From Desulfobacterales bacterium (GTDB taxonomy: Bacteria > Desulfobacterota > Desulfobacteria > Desulfobacterales > UBA5852): a stretch of 64,000 bases of DNA. Positions 58,632 to 64,000 of this stretch are shown here, in pieces (position 1 is the first letter of the stretch; every line of letters starts with the position of its first letter). The notes below the pieces were generated by a model, which saw only the letters and a list, made by a program, of their open reading frames with translations, searched no databases and was not told the origin of the DNA. The translations under genes were made by a program, and so were the position numbers. The stretch lies in assembly GCA_963674755.2 (NCBI GenBank), contig CAXXVS010000002.1, positions 864,001 through 928,000 on the forward strand. Direction: 5' to 3'.

Positions 58632-59453
58632 ATGTCTGAAGATGCCACATTCGACGCCCCGCCGGAGGATAAGGGGGCACCCAGATGGATGGTCACCTTT
58701 GGTGATTTAATGAGTCTCCTGCTTTGCTTTTTTGTGCTCCTGCTTTCATTTTCCGAGATGGATCGCCAAAAATACAAATTGGTGGCAGGCTCCCTGGCAC
58801 AGGCCTTCGGAGTCCAGCGCAAGACCAAGTCTGATGAAAGCCCCAAGGGCGCCACGATGGTCGCCCTCAGTTTTGACCAGGACCTTGTTCCGAAGTACAG
58901 GCAGGAGGAATACATTGCCATGGAGGCCATGGAAGCCCTGGGGAAGGATCTTAAAAAGGCGCTGGAGGGAAAGCTCAAGGGGATGGAAGACCAGGTGGAA
59001 ATCGACGTGAACGGCAACCAGACCATTATCCGTTTGCAAGGGGGGGCCACCTTCGATTCCGGCCAGGCCGGCATCAAGGCCCACTTGATCCCCATTCTGG
59101 AGGAAATCGGTCTTCGTTTAAAAGGTACCGACGGCGACATCATCATTGCGGGCCATACCGATAATGTGCCTATTCATGGAGGGCCTTTTGAAACCAATCT
59201 GAAGCTTTCCATCGCACGTGCTGCCGAAGTTGCCGAATTTATGATTGATCGTGTTGGAATTGCACCGGAGCGGATATCCACCATGGGGTTCGGTGAGTAC
59301 CGGCCGGCCTATTCCAACGATACTGAAGATGGCCGGGAAAAAAACCGACGCGTAGAAATCATTTTGACCGCCATGCCAAAAACAATCCCGGAATCTGCTC
59401 CATCGAAATCACCCCTGCCGACCGATTCAGGACCCGAAACGGTCCACCCATAG
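58632..59453 (+). CDS. motB: Flagellar stator B subunit (PomB-like) with OmpA domain
   Basis: WMVTFGDLMSLLLCFFVLL, GHTDNVP and NRRVEI motifs. Confidence 0.9.
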   Translation: MSEDATFDAPPEDKGAPRWMVTFGDLMSLLLCFFVLLLSFSEMDRQKYKLVAGSLAQAFGVQRKTKSDESPKGATMVALSFDQDLVPKYRQEEYIAMEAMEALGKDLKKALEGKLKGMEDQVEIDVNGNQTIIRLQGGATFDSGQAGIKAHLIPILEEIGLRLKGTDGDIIIAGHTDNVPIHGGPFETNLKLSIARAAEVAEFMIDRVGIAPERISTMGFGEYRPAYSNDTEDGREKNRRVEIILTAMPKTIPESAPSKSPLPTDSGPETVHP

Positions 59454-59558
59454 TGTCGTGCCGCCTGTGTCTATATCGGCAGGCGGCATCGGTGCCGTCA
59501 TGTTCAACCATGCCTAATTGTGTTACGATTGATCTGATGCGACCTGACAAAAATTCCT

Positions 59559-60755
59559 ATGAGCGGGAGTGGCGCTGTCCTTATGCCTGAACATGCCTGG
59601 ATCATAACCCCGGGAGCCTATGAGGATGTCGATCTGGCCGCCCTCGGGATTAACGCCCGCCCCAAGCGCGTTATGGCTTACGCCCTGTCCGATATCGGAC
59701 GCTATCTGCTTTCTCCCGCGCCCATCGAAATTGAAAGCCGCCTGCTGGGATGCGAATGTTGCTTCAAACCAGGGATTTGGCGAAGAGTGAAGTCGGCTGC
59801 AGTGGGTCTGATAAACCGCAAACCCCCTACGGAATCCATAGGCCATCCCGACACGGAGGATCGGCGTCTCCTGCTCGCCCGCCATTTCATGCGGATGCCT
59901 GCCTTGCGGGACCGCCAGCTGGCACGCCATATTGATCGTATACGCGGCCTGCTGCATCCTCTCGACCCTGTGGCCCGTGAAATCGCCACGACCCCTCTCC
60001 AGCGGTTGGCGGATATCCGTGGGGTGTGCGAAGACGAGGGCGGTCATCGCACCTATATCAACCTGAGCGGTGATCTGGAAGCCAAGCGGGGATATGTTCT
60101 CGACCATTTGCTCAAGCGCGTACCCATAACCCTGACACAAGCCCGCATTGCCGACCGTCTTTACGACTTGCGAGGGCTCGACCCGGCGCGCTATCGCTCT
60201 GAACGGCAGCACCGCCTTCTTAGATTCCAGACAAATGGACGTTTTTTCATATGTCTGCTGAGCCGGACCAATAAAGTGTCGTTTTGGGTCGATGATGCCG
60301 ACCGCCTTCGTCAACTGCTGCTGATCCAGCAGGCCCTCGAAACCGATCCTGTTCTGAACAAGGCCTTCGATGAGTGCTTTGAGGGAAGAGCCCGCGCTTT
60401 GCGGCTAATGATCAATCCCGAGATGGATATCGACTACTCCCGCAATCGCCTGCCCAAGGTCTATGAGACCCTATTTGCGTCACTGGAACTGGATGGTGCC
60501 CAGCAGCAAGGTGTGATTCACTCCCTGAACGCCCAGCAGATGGCCATCTCGTTCAGCTTTGTCCCCCAAGACCTGGGAGATTCCCGGGCGATGACCTGCA
60601 TATCGGTCCTGCATGATGTCAAAGCGCTGGAGACTTTTCGGCAGGCCGTGCCGGAACTCTATGCGGAAATCAACCGCAAGGCCACCCTGTCGGAAGCCGG
60701 TAGATACTATTTGTTGGAGTCGATTGAGGGGCATCCTGATGAAGAGGGCTTATAA
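59559..60755 (+). CDS. Hypothetical protein coupled to the Lon-like gene
   Basis: 398-aa ORF with genome-like codon usage; its stop overlaps the next start by 17 nt; no recognised motif. Confidence 0.7.
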   Translation: MSGSGAVLMPEHAWIITPGAYEDVDLAALGINARPKRVMAYALSDIGRYLLSPAPIEIESRLLGCECCFKPGIWRRVKSAAVGLINRKPPTESIGHPDTEDRRLLLARHFMRMPALRDRQLARHIDRIRGLLHPLDPVAREIATTPLQRLADIRGVCEDEGGHRTYINLSGDLEAKRGYVLDHLLKRVPITLTQARIADRLYDLRGLDPARYRSERQHRLLRFQTNGRFFICLLSRTNKVSFWVDDADRLRQLLLIQQALETDPVLNKAFDECFEGRARALRLMINPEMDIDYSRNRLPKVYETLFASLELDGAQQQGVIHSLNAQQMAISFSFVPQDLGDSRAMTCISVLHDVKALETFRQAVPELYAEINRKATLSEAGRYYLLESIEGHPDEEGL

Positions 60756-63027
60756 CGCCAACGACTATGCCTGGATCAAGGAATTGCTTCAGTACCCGCT
60801 TATCCTGAAAGAGCGGCTTGGTCATTTCGAGGATACATCCGAAATCCGGGTGCCGGATGACCCCATCGAGCAGGTTATTTTCCAGGATCGCGCCAAAAAA
60901 ACCATCCGCAAAATCGCGCATAAACGCGGACACATCCTTATGGTGGGCCGCCCGGGAACCGGCAAATCCATGCTAGCCGGCATGCTGCAGGACGTTCTCA
61001 CCCAATCGCTCCATGATTATATCCGGCCGCATGATTCGATTTTGGCCTATCCCGGCAAAGATCGCAACCATATCCGAATCGCCTATGAAGACCCCGCGGC
61101 AGCAGATCGACTGATCGAAGATTTGCAGGCGAGATTGGAATCCATCGCTTCCCGCGAAGCCTCATTTTCTTTGGCGGAGCAGATCGATGCGGTACGTCGC
61201 ATCAAAATCGCGCTTCTGCTGGCGACCTTCCTGCTGGGGGTCGGGAGCTGGTATTTGCCGCTCCTGCTGGCGGTGGCCGGCATCACCGGCATTGGGAGCA
61301 TTTTTCTTTTCCTCCAGGAGAACAACCACAGGGCCCAGGAAAAAATCCAGCAGAACCAGCAGCAGGGCACCCCGCCCAATATCAGACCGATATTCGACAT
61401 GCTGCCGGTGGTGCTCTACGACCCTCGTCAGAATCTAAGCCTGCTGGCCCGCATTGCCGAGCCGAATGCCCGCGTCATGAAAGGCGGATTTCGCCACGAC
61501 CCCTATCAGTCCGGTAATTTGCAGACCCCGCCCCACAAACGGGCCTATCTGGGGGCCCATGCCACAGCGCCCATTATTTACATTGATGAACTACGCACCC
61601 TGCTGCGCATCGGCTATATGCCGGAGCTGTTGGAAATCATGCAGGAAAAGCAGTACATCCTTGAAGGCGGCGGGTCGACGGGCAGCGGTGCGGCGGATCG
61701 CTCCGAGAATCCTTTGAAGGCCGACAACATCATCGTAGCCTGCTGCAACCATGATACCATCCAGCACCTGCGATCCGAGGGCGACGGCGCTTTCCTCAGC
61801 CGCATCGAGGACAAGGGGGAGATCGTCTACATGGAGAGTGCGGTCGCCGAGACGCCGGAAACCGTTGTTCAGGCGGCCCAATATGTCAAACAGGAGGTTG
61901 ACCATATTGCGGACGAATTCGCGTCCGCCTGGGGAGAAGTCCTCGCCAAGGAAGGCATGGAAAGCGTGCGGCAACGCTGCGAGACCATTTTCGGACGACG
62001 TCTGTCGCCGGGCTTCAGCTTGACGACCAGGGAATTTTCCCGGGATGCGGTCATGGAAATCATAAAAGAGATGCGCTGCCGGGCATCCGACCGCAAACTG
62101 ACCAGCATTTTGCGTCCCATCAACGGGATTATCAAAGGGGCGGTGTTCGAGGCCATTTTCAGCGATTCTCCAAGAGTGGAACCCCACCATGTCCAGATTG
62201 CTTTGCAGGAGCATCTCAGTTTGGAAGGGGCCATGCAGAGGGATATCGCTTCCCATAAGAAAGACCTGAAGAAATATATCGATTCTATTACCGACTCGAT
62301 CGGCTACGTGGTGGGTTTGGCCGTGATTGCTTCGGCCGCGTCCGGCCAAATGCACGGCCAGCCCCTCCCGATCCACGGCCAGGTGGATGCGGGCGGCGCC
62401 GACCGGGTGGTCGCCGCCGGGAAAATTGGTGAAATCGCCCTGGCCGCCGCCCAGAACGTGCGGGCTTCCATCCGACGGATCCTCAAAAAAATCGGTGCGC
62501 CGCATGTGGGCTATGAAATGCATATCGAATACATCCAAGCCCATGGCGGTGTGGAAGGGGACAGCGCCTCCGCCGCCATCGACGTGGCGCTGATATCGGA
62601 TTTTATCCGTCAACCGGTCAACGCCAAATTTGCCGTCACCGGGTCATTGACAGGCGACATCATTCTGGCGGTGGGCGGGGTTACTGAAAAACTGAGATCG
62701 ATCATGGACCCTGTTTTAGGCATGTCCGGTGCCTGCGTTCCCTGGCAGAACAAGCACGACATTGAACCCTTGCTGATCAACAAGACCGCAGAATTCTTGC
62801 TCCAAGATGAGATTCCCGGCATACGCATCTATCGCAAGGCCCACCGCCAGGCACCCTTTGACGTCTATTTCTGCAAGACTAAATGGCATGTCTATCTCAT
62901 CATGATGGCCATCGACCGGGATCAAGTCGAACGCCGGATGGCCGACCGCTGCCGACGCGATACGGATTTGATCAAACGCTCCGACCGATCGTGGCGTCGA
63001 TCGTCGACATCGTTGGAAACGCGATGA
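60739..63027 (+). CDS. Membrane-anchored LonB-type ATP-dependent protease (S16)
   Basis: Walker A GRPGTGKS, hydrophobic insert, Walker B IIYIDE, catalytic Ser in VEGDSAS and Lys in GGVTEK. Confidence 0.82.
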   Translation: MKRAYNANDYAWIKELLQYPLILKERLGHFEDTSEIRVPDDPIEQVIFQDRAKKTIRKIAHKRGHILMVGRPGTGKSMLAGMLQDVLTQSLHDYIRPHDSILAYPGKDRNHIRIAYEDPAAADRLIEDLQARLESIASREASFSLAEQIDAVRRIKIALLLATFLLGVGSWYLPLLLAVAGITGIGSIFLFLQENNHRAQEKIQQNQQQGTPPNIRPIFDMLPVVLYDPRQNLSLLARIAEPNARVMKGGFRHDPYQSGNLQTPPHKRAYLGAHATAPIIYIDELRTLLRIGYMPELLEIMQEKQYILEGGGSTGSGAADRSENPLKADNIIVACCNHDTIQHLRSEGDGAFLSRIEDKGEIVYMESAVAETPETVVQAAQYVKQEVDHIADEFASAWGEVLAKEGMESVRQRCETIFGRRLSPGFSLTTREFSRDAVMEIIKEMRCRASDRKLTSILRPINGIIKGAVFEAIFSDSPRVEPHHVQIALQEHLSLEGAMQRDIASHKKDLKKYIDSITDSIGYVVGLAVIASAASGQMHGQPLPIHGQVDAGGADRVVAAGKIGEIALAAAQNVRASIRRILKKIGAPHVGYEMHIEYIQAHGGVEGDSASAAIDVALISDFIRQPVNAKFAVTGSLTGDIILAVGGVTEKLRSIMDPVLGMSGACVPWQNKHDIEPLLINKTAEFLLQDEIPGIRIYRKAHRQAPFDVYFCKTKWHVYLIMMAIDRDQVERRMADRCRRDTDLIKRSDRSWRRSSTSLETR

Positions 63028-63274
63028 TAAAACATCCCCTATGAGGTCAAATTGCCCTCAAGTTGCCGTGAATTCAGGCGATAACCCCTATACAATCTAT
63101 TTTTTTGCAGTGTTCTTAGGACACGCGTTTGATCTTCGTGTTCAGCAATGCCAAGCGCTGTTGCATTACAGAACCGTTTTTTTGCCCTGTAAATGTAAGG
63201 GACCGCCGGCCGATCAGATCCAAACCGCTATGGTCGTGAAAACGCGCTAACCTTTATCAGGAAGAGTATGAATC

Positions 63275-64000
63275 ATGAAATTTGAGTGCCCCAGCTGCCG
63301 GAATAGCTACAATGTGCCTGATGAAAAGCTTCCCCCGAAGAAAATGGTCGTGTTCCCTTGTCCGAAATGCAAAGGTAAAATCGAGCTTAACCTGGAGACG
63401 GCCCGGAAGAATTCCCTTCCGCCCGAATCCCATACGACCGAAACCGCTCAAGATGTCGTGGCGGCAGAGGCGGGCCCGCCCAATAACACTCCGCTGATCG
63501 GCAACAACGGGGATTTTCGAAAAAAGGTCCTGCGCAAGCTCAAAGATCTGCCCCCCATGCCGCAGATTGTTTTCAAGGCCCGGCAGGTCATTGCCGACCC
63601 GGATTCCGAAATGGCCGAGCTGGCGGACCTGCTGGAATCTGATCAGGCGATTGCCACTAAAGTTCTCAAACTGGCCAACAGCGCCTATTATGGCCTGAGC
63701 GGAAAAGTCTCCTCTATCCGACATGCATCCAGCCTGCTGGGGTATAAGGCGCTGGGGCAGTTGATTTCTATGGTTGGCAGCGCGTCGGTTCTGGGAAAAA
63801 CCCTGGACGGATATGATCTGGATTCCGCCGGCGCCTGGCGGCATTCCTTGATGGCGGCGAGCGCTTCGCGCATCATCGCTCTCCGACGCCATCCGGGTCT
63901 GGAAGGCGACGCCTTTTCAGCCGGCCTAATCCATGACGTTGGCAAACTGGTCCTGGATAACTATGTCTTGGAGCGCAAAAGCGAATTCGAACGCATCACG
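63275..64000 (+). CDS. Zn-ribbon (MJ0042-like) plus HDOD domain protein, 3' truncated; absent from ORF track
   Basis: MKFECPSC...CPKC, then LPPMPQI, DQAIATKVLKLANSAYYG, WRHS and AGLIHDVGKLVL. Confidence 0.85.
   Translation, partial: MKFECPSCRNSYNVPDEKLPPKKMVVFPCPKCKGKIELNLETARKNSLPPESHTTETAQDVVAAEAGPPNNTPLIGNNGDFRKKVLRKLKDLPPMPQIVFKARQVIADPDSEMAELADLLESDQAIATKVLKLANSAYYGLSGKVSSIRHASSLLGYKALGQLISMVGSASVLGKTLDGYDLDSAGAWRHSLMAASASRIIALRRHPGLEGDAFSAGLIHDVGKLVLDNYVLERKSEFERIT

Overview
A GC-rich, gene-dense chromosomal segment of an anaerobic deltaproteobacterium. Gene content and order suggest a Desulfobacterales-type sulfate reducer; this is inference only. Left to right: end of ilvA; a Zn-ribbon/SPFH gene pair; an orphan ParM-like actin; a hybrid kinase; tRNA-Arg(UCU) with a nearby degenerate partial copy; a run of rpoH, TPR lipoprotein, LolB-like, RimK-like, dGTPase-like, UPF0280, LapA-like, mutS, amidase and DMT genes; a crotonase; a phenylacetate-CoA ligase/ACT/Liv-type ABC/second ligase operon; a GAF-PilB ATPase; a V4R-GAF-PAS hybrid kinase; M48 protease, queH, yggS and maf; tRNA-Leu(UAA); a 14.5 kb IclR-led ectoine/hydroxyectoine uptake and catabolism cluster; pomAB-like stator genes; a membrane-anchored archaeal-type LonB protease with an unknown partner; and a truncated Zn-ribbon HDOD gene. 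The strongest signals not explained by the ORF track are: (1) a complete Phe/Tyr leader-peptide transcription attenuator (promoter, 28-aa Phe-rich peptide, 1:2, 2:3 and 3:4 helices) ahead of paaK, which implies the operon salvages aryl acids for aromatic amino acid synthesis; (2) a non-canonical ectoine catabolic cluster where EutE, Atf, EutC and EnuR are absent and an M20 hydrolase, class I aminotransferase, PanB-like enzyme, U32-like enzyme and IclR are present; (3) a sigma54-driven structured sRNA candidate with an anti-SD/anti-AUG seed; (4) a sigma28 promoter and structured leader before pomAB; (5) a nested-palindrome repeat family present twice. No CRISPR array, integrase or transposase was seen. 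Novelty could not be checked against databases.
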